The translations under genes and the position numbers were made by a program. Positions 1 to 12,833 of a stretch of DNA of 64,000 bases are shown here, one piece after another. The DNA lies in contig CM000435.1 of the NCBI GenBank assembly GCA_000165345.1, forward strand, positions 416,001 through 480,000, given 5' to 3'. Under the pieces are notes generated by a model. The model made no database searches. It saw only the letters and a list, made by a program, of their open reading frames with translations, and had not been told where the DNA came from. Positions within the stretch are counted from its first letter, which is position 1. Every line of letters begins with the position of its first letter.

Positions 1-858
<858 letters not shown>

Positions 859-1423
859 TTAACTTATATTAGTTGTTAATTATGGCCAAATTTTGCCGAA
901 TTCAGGAGGATTTTATTTCTTTGTTTAATTGCCTTTTCAGACAAATATAGTTGGGCAAGATTTCCCGCGACTTTTCAACAAAAATTCGAGGACCCCAGAA
1001 AAGAGGTAATTTGACAACTAACAAAGAAATCTGTTTCACACGTAAAAAAGAATGTGAAAACCTTCATAAGAAATGAGAAACATAATATTTTAAGAATTAG
1101 TAAAATCTTAGCAGTAACTTGCTATAGCAGTAGTTCAAATGCGTTATCAATTCTACTCGTAATGAATGCTATTACCTATTGTTCAAAAATATACTATAAC
1201 GGCTTTACTTGAGTTACACAGGGGCTTAGAGTCACAATTCCCAGCTCACGAATTTATTCCAACACTTGCCCTCGTAAAGACCTATTGCACACTGACTACC
1301 TGAGTTTTTCTGCAAGAAAAAAGAAAGAAAGCGCCAAAATTCAATTTCCTTGTTTTAAACTGATCTACACTGACCTGACCTTACCTTACCTGATTCTATT
1401 TTAAGAAAGGGAATGGAATTTTC

Positions 1424-2458
1424 TCAAAGTGAGAATGGGATAATTAAGTCAGAAGCATATTGAATTGTCTTCTCTCCATTAAATTTGGCTCTAAAGTAGT
1501 GGTAAGCAAAATCTAAGAGAATACCTATATTAAAGATTTGGACAGCTATATTATAATTCCTGGACTCATGAGGCATTCTAAATAAAGGCATTGAAATCCA
1601 GTAAAATAGTGCCAGAACCTTTAGTATGAATTCAAATACCACAAATAAGGCTAAATGCTCAGAAACTTTTCTTGGACTTTTAATATGGAACATATATAAT
1701 TGAGGAACAAGAGCTAATGCTCTAACTGCGTCATCATAAGCTAGGAGGGAAGTAATTAAACCGAGCCTTCTTCTGGTCCTAAACATTAAGAAAATGAAAG
1801 AGAGTGGAATGGCTAAAATGTAAAGTACAAGCCAGTATAAAGATCCAGAAATTAATCCTGTAATACCAGTAGGCTTGATTTTTCCAGCCCTTTCACCATT
1901 TCGCATCGCATCCTTATCTACAGATTTAGAACCCATGATAGAAAGTATCCTCACTAGAATATTTAGTCCAAAAGTATCATATTGATCTTCAATAGAATTT
2001 GAGAATTTTTTCCAAACAGTATATAAGCATAAAACCGATAAAAATGTAGAAATTATATCAATTTGGAATGACCAATCCAAAGTAATTCCAGTATATAAAG
2101 AAAACCAAACATTGAGAAGAGCGCCACAGAACTCAGAAAAACATAATGCACATAATGTTTGCATGGAAATTCCTAACGCACTTCTATCACTGTATACCTT
2201 GAAAGTGATCACTCCATAACAGGTAATGCACATTAAAGCATGGAACCAACTACAAGCATCGTGAACCCAGACATATTTGTTCAAAGATAGAAACAAAAAG
2301 TTCTTTTTATTAGAGCTTTCATTTTGTGAGGAATTTTGAGTGCTGGTGGTTCCTTGGTCTTCTGCTAAGATCTGGGAGATGTTTGCAAGGAAAATAACCA
2401 GTAAAAAACATGAAAAAATCACCTTTTTGCAAGAAGCACCTTTTAATATAGCCAACAT
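1424..2458 (-). CDS. ER lumen protein-retaining receptor (ERD2/KDEL receptor) family member with an N-terminal extension of about 55 aa.
   Basis: 344-aa multi-TM ORF. Blocks align to the ERD2 family: SDRSALGISMQTLCALCF, LYTVWKKF..DQYDTFG, LVPQLYMF.KS, HLALFVVFEFILKVLALFYWI and LLDFAYHYFRAKFNGEK match ERD2 TRSCAGISGKSQLLFALVF, IYLKFKATYDGNHDTF, ILPQLFMISKTGEAE, HYLFFLGLYRALYLVNWI and ILYCDFFYLYITKVLKGKK. The N-terminus is a hydrophobic segment followed by a Ser/Asn/Gln-rich stretch. Confidence 0.55.
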   Translation of the reverse strand: MLAILKGASCKKVIFSCFLLVIFLANISQILAEDQGTTSTQNSSQNESSNKKNFLFLSLNKYVWVHDACSWFHALMCITCYGVITFKVYSDRSALGISMQTLCALCFSEFCGALLNVWFSLYTGITLDWSFQIDIISTFLSVLCLYTVWKKFSNSIEDQYDTFGLNILVRILSIMGSKSVDKDAMRNGERAGKIKPTGITGLISGSLYWLVLYILAIPLSFIFLMFRTRRRLGLITSLLAYDDAVRALALVPQLYMFHIKSPRKVSEHLALFVVFEFILKVLALFYWISMPLFRMPHESRNYNIAVQIFNIGILLDFAYHYFRAKFNGEKTIQYASDLIIPFSL

Positions 2459-2869
2459 TTTAATATATATTTTTTAGCTTCACACAAACCGATAACATTT
2501 TGAATCAGAGCACTCAAGCGCCAGTTGCATTATCCGGTTGAAAAAATTATTAAATTTTCAACACAATTTCGTAAATGACAAAATAAATTTATTAATATTT
2601 GAGGGGAAAAATCCAAAAAAAGCGGCTCATGTACAATCTATAGATATTTTTCCTCCTTCCCATGTATTTACATATTTATTCTTAATTTATTTCTCTCTAT
2701 TGCTTGATATTTCTTCGGTCACATGTTATACCTGGTTTGTGTGAATAACCGCTCAACTTAAATAATTATTTTAATTAAATATACCTGGAGGAATTCATCA
2801 AAAAAAACAAATATATGTATATATATTATATATAAACGAATATATAAAGTTATTGCTGTTAATATAGCA

Positions 2870-3142
2870 TTATTTATCGATCAATTTCTTAGAAATCCCG
2901 TAGTTTGTTTTAACATAGTTTGTGATGTCTTCAATCTTCACTTCAGATGAGTCTCTAGTTAACATTCTATGCACCCCTGATAATAAACTACTGTCTATAC
3001 ATTCCTCCACTATCATTCCTATTGCTTGAATTACTTTTCCATCTATTTTTTGACTAGGTTCGGACGATATTTTTGGTCGGTTTTGGATTGATTCCTTAAG
3101 AACTTTCGAGGTAATGTGAACGATTTCATTCCTAGTGTTCAT
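2870..3142 (-). CDS. Small hypothetical protein (90 aa). Weak resemblance to a histone-fold (CENP-X/MHF2-type) protein; function unassigned.
   Basis: Clean isolated ORF between flanking AT-rich intergenic DNA. KIDGKVIQAIGMIVEECIDSSLLSGVHRMLTRDSSEVKIEDITNYV loosely parallels the MHF2 pattern [46 protein letters not shown]. No strong motif. Confidence 0.25.
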   Translation of the reverse strand: MNTRNEIVHITSKVLKESIQNRPKISSEPSQKIDGKVIQAIGMIVEECIDSSLLSGVHRMLTRDSSEVKIEDITNYVKTNYGISKKLIDK

Positions 3143-4387
3143 TTTATGTCCTATTTTGTTTTTAGAAAACTCTCTAACCGATATTTATAGCCTTTTCAAT
3201 TTTTACTTGATCATAGACTAATTCGAATAATATTTTATCTTTTCATTTCTATTGTTACCTTGGTAATACTAAGTTAAAATGGCGGTAACTTTAAAAATTT
3301 TAATATATTTACTGCGTAATATTTTATCAATTCGAATCAGAAAATAATACAAAACAACACAAGTAGTCAAGAAGGAGCAATGACTCAGACGATTAGTTTT
3401 TTATTAAAATAATATAGGAAGAGAAAATATAAATTTTTTTCCTCCTCCCGTAGTTATAAATTCCCCTTAATTTTTTTGTTTTTAGAATTTAACGATCTGT
3501 TAAACCTGGAACCCTCATTTTCTTTCTCCCATATTCACTAATCATCCAAAATCAACCAAATTACGAGCATATTTGCATGCAAATATTCTTACACGTATTT
3601 CCTTTTTTTCATGTGGACAATTTTTTTATACCGGCATTGCAAATATGTCATAGAAAAAGTTGCATGCTGCAGCGGTAATGTCACAATGTTAGCTTGAAGA
3701 ATTTCTTAAAAAAATATGGGAATTTTGTGAAATTGGAGAAAATGAAAAATTAAGTAGAGATTGACATAAAATTAAAAGTATTAGGGGAATTAAGTGAGAA
3801 TGAGTTGACAATATTGAACAAATTCAACATAATTTATAAGTTTGAAATATGGTTTTTCTTTTTTAAAATGAGAAGCATTTTCGAATAAGAATTGGTCCCG
3901 GACCTTTCCTAGAAGAAAATAATAAATATAACAATAATTTGATATATATATAAGTAAAATTTCAATAAAATAAGGAGATTCTATAAAGTATTATATTTGG
4001 TGGCTATTTTTTTAATAATATTTTTAACTCATTTTAAGACAGAGGCTTGGGTAAAAAATAGAGGGAGTCATAAATATATAAATAGAGTTTAAATTTCCAG
4101 TATTAACAAATAAAATAAAAGGATCTTTAAAAGAAGAATTTTTTAAGTTTTTTGGTTTTTTTAATTTGTTATTTACTGAACTATCATTAAAGTGTGTGAT
4201 ATTATTCACCCAAGTAGGTAATTTAATATTAAAAAATTGGTGCAAGCTATAGTCGTATACAGAAGAAAAAAATCCATAAAATTTAAACTATAAGCATATA
4301 ATTTTGGTAAATTAAATCATTAATCTCTTATTATTCTTTGAAACAAACAGTCTGGATTTTAATTAACAAAGTTAGAAATGTCAGCAT

Positions 4388-5355
4388 TCATAGAAAGCGA
4401 GGTAAGTTAGTTTTTAAATACCATTGGAAACCTAACTAAATAATAAATACAATAAATTGAAGAGAGAAAAGTGTAAATTCATGTATTTTCTCTTCAATAC
4501 ATTCTATTTACTTGGCGTTTCTGATGATGATTATGAGAATATTCTTTTTAGCCTTTCCCTATCAGATAAAAAAAAAGGAATCATAGGCTAATGTGAAAAT
4601 TCTCTCAATTTTTAAATTAAAAAATAAATTTTAACTATTTAATAAACTTTTATTTGCAGAAATCAGAACATCTTTTATCAAGAGGAAGAAAAGTTGGAAG
4701 ATGCCCGGATGAACATTGTAGATCAAAATCTCCAAGCGGTCAGCCAGGAAAATCAGTTGAAGAATTATGTACATGCGGAAAACATATTTGCCCAGCTCCA
4801 TTACATGATTCAATTTCTTTTCAGGCTGAGAGCTCCTATAACACAGAATTTAAGCAGTGGGAACTACCAACTTTCCCAAAGCCAGTTCCAGAAGAGTTGC
4901 CAAAATCTATCCCTTTTGACTCTGATTCTAGTTACCATATGGACTATCGAAAGTGGGACTTACCAAAAAAGATTGTCAGACCACCAGAGCAATTCTCTGA
5001 ATCACCTGAAAATCGTGACTTCATGACAAGTTACCAAAGTAACTTTAAGCAATGGGAACTTCCAAAATTCAAGAAACCTCAGCCACCTCCAGAAGTCGTT
5101 TCTTCTCCTTATGGCAACATCAATTCAGTCTACAGAGAAAATTATCAGCAATGGGATCTCCCTAAAAAGATTGTTAACCCCTCTGAAATTTACAGTCCAT
5201 CTAAGGAGGATCGAAATTTTGAGACAGTCTACAGGAACTCCTATCAAGGCGTACAACCTCCCGTCTGCCCTGTTAGTCTTCTTCCCCCTATTCCTCATCC
5301 TCCTCCTGGCAGACATACTATGTTTTGGGATTCAGTCTCTAAAAATTGGTACTAG
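4388..5355 (+). CDS. SAXO/MAP6-related (SPM1-like) microtubule-associated repeat protein. Two exons: join(4388..4411,4660..5355), intron 4412..4659 (GTAAGT...TTTGCAG).
   Basis: Exon 1 encodes MSAFIESE followed directly by GTAAGT. The acceptor gcag at 4656-4659 restores the frame into the long ORF. N-terminal Cys-rich segment CPDEHCRSKSPSGQPGKSVEELCTCGKHICPAP. Four repeats with period 32-33 aa: FKQWELP / YRKWDLPKKIV / FKQWELPKFKKP / YQQWDLPKKIV. Pro-rich C-terminus. Confidence 0.5.
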
Positions 5356-6315
5356 GCATTTCAATTATCACAAAAAGATAAATCTAAATGAGAGGAGATT
5401 AGGAGAGGGTAGAATTAAATGAAGAAGATTTTAATATAATCACAACAAATCAGGAACTTTGGTCTATGACATGGCTTGCCATAATATTCTACACCTTCCT
5501 GATTATCCTCTTACAAGTTCCCGTCATCCAACTCATTCTCAAACTATTTTTTTTAGCTCTCACAGAAAGTACAAAAACAACTACAACTATTTCTAGAGAT
5601 ATTAAATTTATTAGTTTATTTTATGGATCCTTATTGCTTTGGTTTATTTCTTGCATGCAGCATTTCAACCTGTTACGCTTTAATTGAAAATGGTTCCATG
5701 CAATTTCTTAACAATAAATATTTACGTGCGCTTTTTTTTTTTTCCTTTATGCATTTAAATTTAGAAAACAGTCAATTTTAATAATAAATTACTCCTTGTA
5801 AGGCTCAATAAGAAATTGTCAATCGTATTATTTGCATGCAAAATGCCACCATTCGATTTCTTAATGTTTTTAAAACCCAAGTAATACTTGAAGCGAAGTA
5901 AAAAATTTGTTTATGCACACACAAAACAAGAAAGGAAATAAATCGCTAATTTTGTTCTTTATTTCCTTTTTCCATTCCCTCGAACTATGACTTATTTAAC
6001 CTCCACGAAATTTTCACAAACTCTACAAATGCAATTTTTTAGTCCTACAAATTCCTCAAATAGCGACTGAAAAAATCATCAAACTCTCCAGTTCTTCAAT
6101 TCTTCCAGCTCTTCTTATTCTTGTTCCATATAATAATTTATTAATTCTAATTTGAACATTCTAATTGCTGCTTAATAAATTGACTAGACATACGTGAGGA
6201 ATTTTAGGCGCCATAACCCCTCACAAAAAAAGCTGAAAAAAATAGAGGGAAATAGGACTACATTGGAAGCAAACGATTAAGTTAATAATTAATTCTCCAA
6301 ACGGAAGGATTTGTG

Positions 6316-9300
6316 ATGTCCTTAGATCCGAGTCAACTTTCGCAGCTGGAAGGGCTGTGTGAGTCTTTCTATGGGTAAGTTTACAAACAACTAGTGAAAG
6401 CAAAAAAGCGTTTTTAAAAGTGGGGTCTTAGGTTTTCACTAGGAATAGATCTTGTAAATTCTTGTGATTTTTAACTTTAATTTTTATTTTCTTAACTAAA
6501 ATTGCAGGGGAGATGTGAATCAGCAAAAACAGGCTCACGAGGTTTTGCTTCCCTTGACATGTAATCTTGGATGTCTGACTCAGCTCCAAGCTTTGCTTGC
6601 CCAAAGCAGCAATCCCCACGCCTTAATGTTTGCTGCAACAGGTCTTTCTAAGCTCTTTACGTCTTGTTGGGCTCAAATTCCAGATAATCAAAAAGAGGAA
6701 ACCAAAACATTTCTATTAAATTACCTCTATAAGTGTGGTCCTGATATGTTACGTTCAGCTCCTTATTTGGTTGGCCACTATGTTCGTCTTTTGGCTCAGT
6801 TGGTGAAATTCGGGCTTCTAGACTCCTTGTCTCCTAGGCCAACAATTACCGATCAAGTTGGGCAGTTTCTAAGTGCTTCCACTTCTCATTGGATCATTGG
6901 TTTAATAATCTTTACGACTTTGACTCAAGAGATGCAAACTTCTACAGGTTTATACTTTGCAAAGTATAGAAGGGCCGCAATACTATTCAGAGATACTTCT
7001 CTTCCAGTAATATTTCAGATTGCAATTAAAACTCTTCGTCAGTTCCACTTAGGAAGCGTTTCAGTTTCTACTCAGCATGAAGAGTATAGACTTCTTCGCC
7101 AGGTACTGCAATTAACCCTTTGCTGTCTTTCTTATGACTTTATGGGAACAGTACCTGATGAAACATCTGAGGAGCAGAATACAGTTATGATTCCCCATTC
7201 CTGGACAATTCTCAGGGAGGAATATATTCCCATAATATTCTTTGATATCTATGCAAAATGCTGCTCTCCGAACAGTTCCATGCCAGATTGTGCTTCAATC
7301 TGTCTCCAATGTCTCATCCTTTACTCCTCAGTTAGAAGATCCTTCTTCCCTACCCAAGCTGATAGAACTCGTTCTTTAGCAGCTCTAATGACTGGTACAG
7401 CTGGTATCATCCAAACTAAGATGGGCCTTGAACACGAGAGCTGCTATCATGAACTTTGCAGACTTTTGGGGAAGCTTAACACTGCAAACCAGCTCACAGA
7501 ACTCTCGTCTTCGGAAGCATTTGGACTCTGGATAGACCAGGTTTACAATTTTACTATTAAGTCTCTTGAGGAATGGAGCGTCTTACCAAACAGTAAGCAT
7601 TATCTCCTTGGTCTTTGGAGTCATATGGTTATCCCTTTACTCTACCAAGGGGATAGAGCTCCACAGAATCTTGAAAAGTATATCCATCATATAACAGTCA
7701 CCTTCATCCAAAGTAGGATGAAGCTTGCTGAGGCAATTGCTAGAGGCTCGGATGTAGAAGACCCTCTGGAAAGCGAAGTTGCAAGAACTGAGCAGCTTGA
7801 TGTTCTTTCTCAATTGAGTAGATGCCAATACCACGAAACTGCAGAATTCATTGTACAGCTCTTTGAACAGGTTACAGATGCAGCTAAAAACGGCAGCATT
7901 TCTCAGGATTGCTTTATTTCTCAAATTACCTGGTGTGTGTATATGCACGGAGCTTTAATTGGAGGACATAGCATTAAGTTAAGAAGACCTTTACTCCCTA
8001 GTGGCTCTTCATCCTCATCGGGAACTAGCAGACCAGATCAGAAGAACCAGGTATCACACCATGTTTTGAACGGAAAGCTCGCTAGACTTGTCTTTGGCCT
8101 CTCTCAACAAACTGACCAACTTCCAGAGACACCTGAGTCATTAGAATTGGCCTATCTCTATTTCTTGGAGCAGTTTAGAAAGGTTTGTCTCGGAGATTAC
8201 GCAAAACAATTTATTCAGCCTGAGACTGAGGACGCCACCTTGGCATCAATTCTGGGCGTCCAATCTGATGATGATGTTTTGAGCCTCATTATAAGCAAGA
8301 TTGGAAGGAATCTACAAGCCAAGAGTAATATGGAGAGTGTAGTTCAAAAGACTCTTTCTCTATTTCACGAATTGGTAGCTGGGATCTCGATCGTCCAGTA
8401 TACTGACAGAACTACCCATCTCATAGTTTCTGGACGACTTCTTCTCAAAAATGAACAAGTCAAGAAGATACTTTGCAACCATGCTTCTCCAGAGTTTGCT
8501 TTCCTGAACAATCCAAGATATGGTAGACATAGGACTTCTTACTATTTCACCCTATCAAAACTCTTGTTCTTAGAGTCAAAGGAGGAAGAGCCTGGAACTC
8601 AGCCTATAACAACTTTTGAAGACTTCATGAAACCTTTAGAGAAAGTTTTTACTTTGATCTGGGATGAAATAATCCTCGGAAACAATTCTTCGAATGGGGG
8701 GGGATATAATATTGGACAGTTCAGGGTTCCATTAATGGCTTTGGCAAGAGACTTAAGAGGCATTTGTATGGCTTGTGTAGGCCCTGAAAGCTACAACCAA
8801 CTTTTTAATTGGTTAGTAAATCGACCTAAACAGCTTGGACAGAGTAGAATTCATCTATTCACTTGGGCAGCTGACAAACTCTGGGAGGACTCTGATGTAA
8901 TGAATGCTTTGCTCAAGTTCATGGCCGAGTTTGTAGACAACAAATCCCAAAGAATAAACTTTGATAAAGCCTCTCCAAATGGAATTCTATTATTCAAAGA
9001 AGTTTCTTCATTAATTTGCACTTATGGCTCCAGAATCTTATCTAAACCTGATTCATCCTTCCAGAATATCTATAAGGAAAAGTATAAAGGTTTAGCTACA
9101 ACGTTAGCTATGCTCTGTCATGCTTTATCTGGAGGATATACAAATTTTGGAGTTTTTGAAGTTTATCAAGACCAATCACTGGAAAACGCTTTGCAACTTG
9201 CCTGTAGGATGTGTTTGGTGATTCCTGAGCATGATTTACAGTCATATATTAAGAGCCTCAAGTCTTATTATGAATTCTTAGAACTTGCAACTAGGTGCTT

Positions 9301-9898
9301 CATGTCCACATTCATCACTTCATTGGAGCCACAAAATCTTGCAACCATTTGTTACTCAATTGAATCTGGTCTGTGTGCTGTTGACAATGTGGTTCTTCTT
9401 GCCTGCTGTGCCACTTTGGATCATTTTGTAAGCTTCATTTTCACGACTCTTGAGAAGGAAAAGATTGTCCTTCCTAATGGAATGGGAGTTTCTAGAAATA
9501 ACGATAATATGAATTATGAACTCGGAGGAGGAAGCCCATCTCTAGTTCAGCAAGGGTCTACCCCTGAAGGAAAAGCTGTATATAGGTTTATGACTGAACA
9601 ACCCAATGCTTTGATTAGAATCATGCAGTTAATGTTCAATTTAATTACGACAGGGGATCTCAGTACTTGGACCTTTTCAAGGTCTTTGCTAGGGATGATT
9701 CTTCTATTTAACAATGAATTTCAGAACATCCAACAACAGCTTATTAACCAGCAGGTTGATGAAAAGAAAGCCAAGTATCAATCTCTTATTCAAGACCTTC
9801 TTAAAGGGACCGATGGAACCCTCTCAGCAGTTAGCAAAGATGCCTTTACAAGAAATCTCCATTTCTTTGCCCACTCAATTCGTTCAAATTCTCTTTAA
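6316..9898 (+). CDS. XPO7: Exportin-7 / RanBP16-like importin-beta family nuclear transport receptor. join(6316..6374,6508..9898), intron 6375..6507.
   Basis: Exon 1 MSLDPSQLSQLEGLCESFY(G) ends at a GTAAGT donor, and the acceptor at 6506-6507 joins in phase to ..GDVNQQKQAHEVLLPL... The N-terminus parallels exportin-7 (LAQLENLCKQLYETTD...QLLAATCLTKLVSR...YVLNYLATRPKL here as LSQLEGLCESFYG...ALMFAATGLSKLFT...FLLNYLYKCGPDM). About 1150 aa total, matching XPO7 size. Confidence 0.6.
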
Positions 9899-10169
9899 AA
9901 CTAAATTGTATTTCGTGAATTTTTTTTTGCTTCCACTTGCATCGTTTGCATGAATGCATGCACATGTTCCTTAAATTACAAAACGGGCGGGAAACTACGT
10001 CGAGTCGGAATTAGTAGAGTAGGGAAAAATCAAAAAAAAAAAATCCTGTGAGCAAATATTATTTAATTTTCTAAGGCTTAAAAAAAAAAATTAGAAAAGT
10101 AGTCAAAACCATTAAAGATAATTTTGTTTCTTTTTGACTTTAGGTTGTTGTTTGCTAGATTGGGGAAGG

Positions 10170-11124
10170 ATGTCAATGGTCCAAAGTAAATCAAATCGCA
10201 AGAGAGTGCTTTTGAAGGTGATTATTCTGGGAGATAGCGGAGTTGGGAAGACTTCATTAATGAATCAGTATGTGAACAGCAAATTTTCGACTCAGTATAA
10301 GGCCACAATCGGGGCTGATTTTCTTACTAAAGACATCGTAATTGATAATAAGCTTGTAACTTTGCAGGTAAGTTAAGAAAGATTAAGTAGGTTGAGATCA
10401 AAACATCAGAGCTTTCAAAACAAATGAGATAAGAGGAGAGGAAAGGTAAAGTAATGGATTAGGTCTATTGCGATCGTTAGGAGGATGATTGATATTGAAA
10501 AAGCACACTCTTTGTATTTGAATGAAACTATGCAAGTTGCTTTTTTTTTTTGAATATATAGAAATATATATGAGCAAGTTGCGTTTGTGGATGATCTTCA
10601 GCTTATGGGTAATAATCTTTAATTGATTTATTAACTCTGAACCTTAAATGATTAATTTAAATTAATTCTTTTAGATTTGGGATACTGCAGGTCAAGAAAG
10701 ATTTCAATCTTTGGGAGTAGCTTTTTATAGAGGAGCTGACTGTTGTGCGTTGGTTTACGATATGACAAACCCAAAATCTTTTGAAGGATTAGATGCTTGG
10801 AGAGAAGAGTTTCTGATTCAAGCAACTCCAAAAGACCCAAACTCTTTTCCTTTTGTTGTTCTGGGAAATAAGTTGGATCTTGATCAGAAATCTAGAAAAG
10901 TTAGTTCCCAAAAAGCTTCAGCATGGTGTAAATCTAAAAACATTGAATACTTTGAAACTTCTGCAAAAAATGCAACGAACGTAGATGCTGCGTTCGAAGA
11001 AATTGGTCGAAGAGCACTTTATAGAGAAACTTCTGAAGATCAAGTCTACATTCCAGAGCCATTAACTCTAAATAATAATAACCAACAACACCACGAAATC
11101 GGATTTGGGGGCTGTTCTTGTTAA
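10170..11124 (+). CDS. RAB7: Rab7 small GTPase. join(10170..10367,10675..11124), intron 10368..10674 (GTAAGT...TTTTAG).
   Basis: Exon 1 [66 protein letters not shown]. Exon 2 [70 protein letters not shown]...[22 protein letters not shown]...GGCSC. Near-identical to Rab7 over the G1-G5 and switch regions, with a C-terminal CSC prenylation motif. Confidence 0.85.
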
Positions 11125-11235
11125 ATCATTTATAAAGTCAAAAATAGCTGAGAAGTTGACAGAAAAGGAGAGTACTAATCTTTTTCTCTACTTGATCATA
11201 TAAATTCTCCTATTATTTGAATCTTTAAACTGCAC

Positions 11236-12264
11236 TTAATCAATTGGATCAATAATTCCTCCATCAGAAAGCTGAATTACGCACTCAGATTCTGGCAGAT
11301 GTGGAGAGCCATAAACTTTACATACTCTTTGCTCGCCCTTACCTTTTCTTAAACTAAGCCTTACATGTGAAGCATGACCAATTACGTGTCCACCAACAGG
11401 TTTTGCTACATTCGGCATGAAACTCATACCTCCTGCAGGGTCTGCCATAACATGATTTGTCATAACTATCGCAATATTGAATTGATCAGCCAATTTATTC
11501 AGCTTACTTAATGTTTTATTCAAAATCTGTTGTCTCTCTGCTAACTCTCCTCTTCCTGAGAATTCAGTTCTAAACAATGCAATAATAGAATCCACAATTA
11601 AGAGTGCGAACTTTTCTTCAATCATTTTTCCTGCTGCTGCGCTAATTAACTGATTCAAATGTTCGTGAGTATATGCTCTTGCGTACATGATATTGTCTAA
11701 AGCAACGTCTCCCTGAACACCAAATCTTTCTGCTATCTTTACAATTCTCTCTGGTCTGAAAGTACCTTCAGTATCAATAAAACAGACTTTCCCATTACCT
11801 CCATTCATTTCTAAAGGGAGTTGTGCTGCCACACATAAAGTATGGCAGATCTGAGTCTTCCCGCATCTATTTTCACCAAAAATTTCTGTAATACACATAC
11901 TTTCAAATCCGCCCATCAACATTTTGTCGAACTGCTCACTTCCTGTTGTGATTCTTAAGATATTTTGTCTTCTACTCATGACCTCACTTCCAGACTGAAA
12001 ACTTGATGACTGATCTAATTTTTGTGCTGCTTCTACAATCTTCTCAACTTTTGCCTCAGAAAGACCTTTAATATTACATAATTCCTTTTTGGTTGCTTGA
12101 ATAATGCTTAAAACTGTGCATAAACCTGCAGTTTTCAACTTATTAATATCTGCAACATTGATTCCTGCTGATTGTAATTTATCAATTTCTACAAATGCTT
12201 CTTCTTCAACTCCTTTAGCAGAAACTTGTTTAGCTACTGATTTTGATTGGCAAAAAGCACTCAT
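11236..12264 (-). CDS. RAD51: RecA-family strand-exchange recombinase (Rad51 or DMC1).
   Basis: N-terminal HhH region ...[29 protein letters not shown]...[19 protein letters not shown]. Walker [22 protein letters not shown], then [44 protein letters not shown], and Walker [27 protein letters not shown]. Rad51 cannot be told from DMC1 by eye. Confidence 0.8.
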   Translation of the reverse strand: MSAFCQSKSVAKQVSAKGVEEEAFVEIDKLQSAGINVADINKLKTAGLCTVLSIIQATKKELCNIKGLSEAKVEKIVEAAQKLDQSSSFQSGSEVMSRRQNILRITTGSEQFDKMLMGGFESMCITEIFGENRCGKTQICHTLCVAAQLPLEMNGGNGKVCFIDTEGTFRPERIVKIAERFGVQGDVALDNIMYARAYTHEHLNQLISAAAGKMIEEKFALLIVDSIIALFRTEFSGRGELAERQQILNKTLSKLNKLADQFNIAIVMTNHVMADPAGGMSFMPNVAKPVGGHVIGHASHVRLSLRKGKGEQRVCKVYGSPHLPESECVIQLSDGGIIDPID

Positions 12265-12833
12265 TTTTTTTTAATTTAATTGGACTCTTCTTCCCCCTTA
12301 TTTTCTTTTTTTCCGGATTTATTTGTTTAATTTATTGACTGACCATTTATTACATGCGCTATCATCCACTTAAAAATAATCATCGAATTATTGTCAAATT
12401 CGCATGCAGAAATTCCTTTAATGCCGGCAAAACAATTATTTAAATAATTGGATGGGGAAAGGTTTTTTGTTATTTATAAAGTGAAATTAAAAGCAAATGA
12501 TCAAAACAAACTTCAAATTGCAATATTGTCTTTTATTATACATTTCAAGTTAAACATACTTTGCTTTTGTATTTCCTTAAAAAAACGAGCCTGAACGAAT
12601 TTCTTAGATTCGTCTATATTTAAAAAATAAAATTGCATGTAACCGTTCAAAATAATTGTATAACTTGCGCGCGCTGACCATTTTGCCCCCCTCCCTATGA
12701 TTAACGCATTATCTTTTTAAGTCCCAAATATGCTTTTTGCCCTCATAGCAATAACGTCCGCTTGATTTGTATACATTTCCAAAAAAAAACCGCTTTTAGA
12801 ATTACTTCTGTAATTTGTGTACATATTGCTAAA

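Noticed and set aside
4694-5422. Alternative-frame ORFs (4694-5026, 5111-5422) overlapping the SAXO-like gene.
   Set aside because: The frame with the conserved 32-33-aa W-anchored repeats and in-phase splicing from exon 1 is clearly the coding one. The others are composition artefacts.
12666-12675. GCGCGCGC stretch between Rad51 and the prefoldin gene as an E2F site.
   Set aside because: It is GC-rich, but does not match the TTTSSCGC or GGCGGGAAA forms cleanly, so it is only mentioned within the motif finding.
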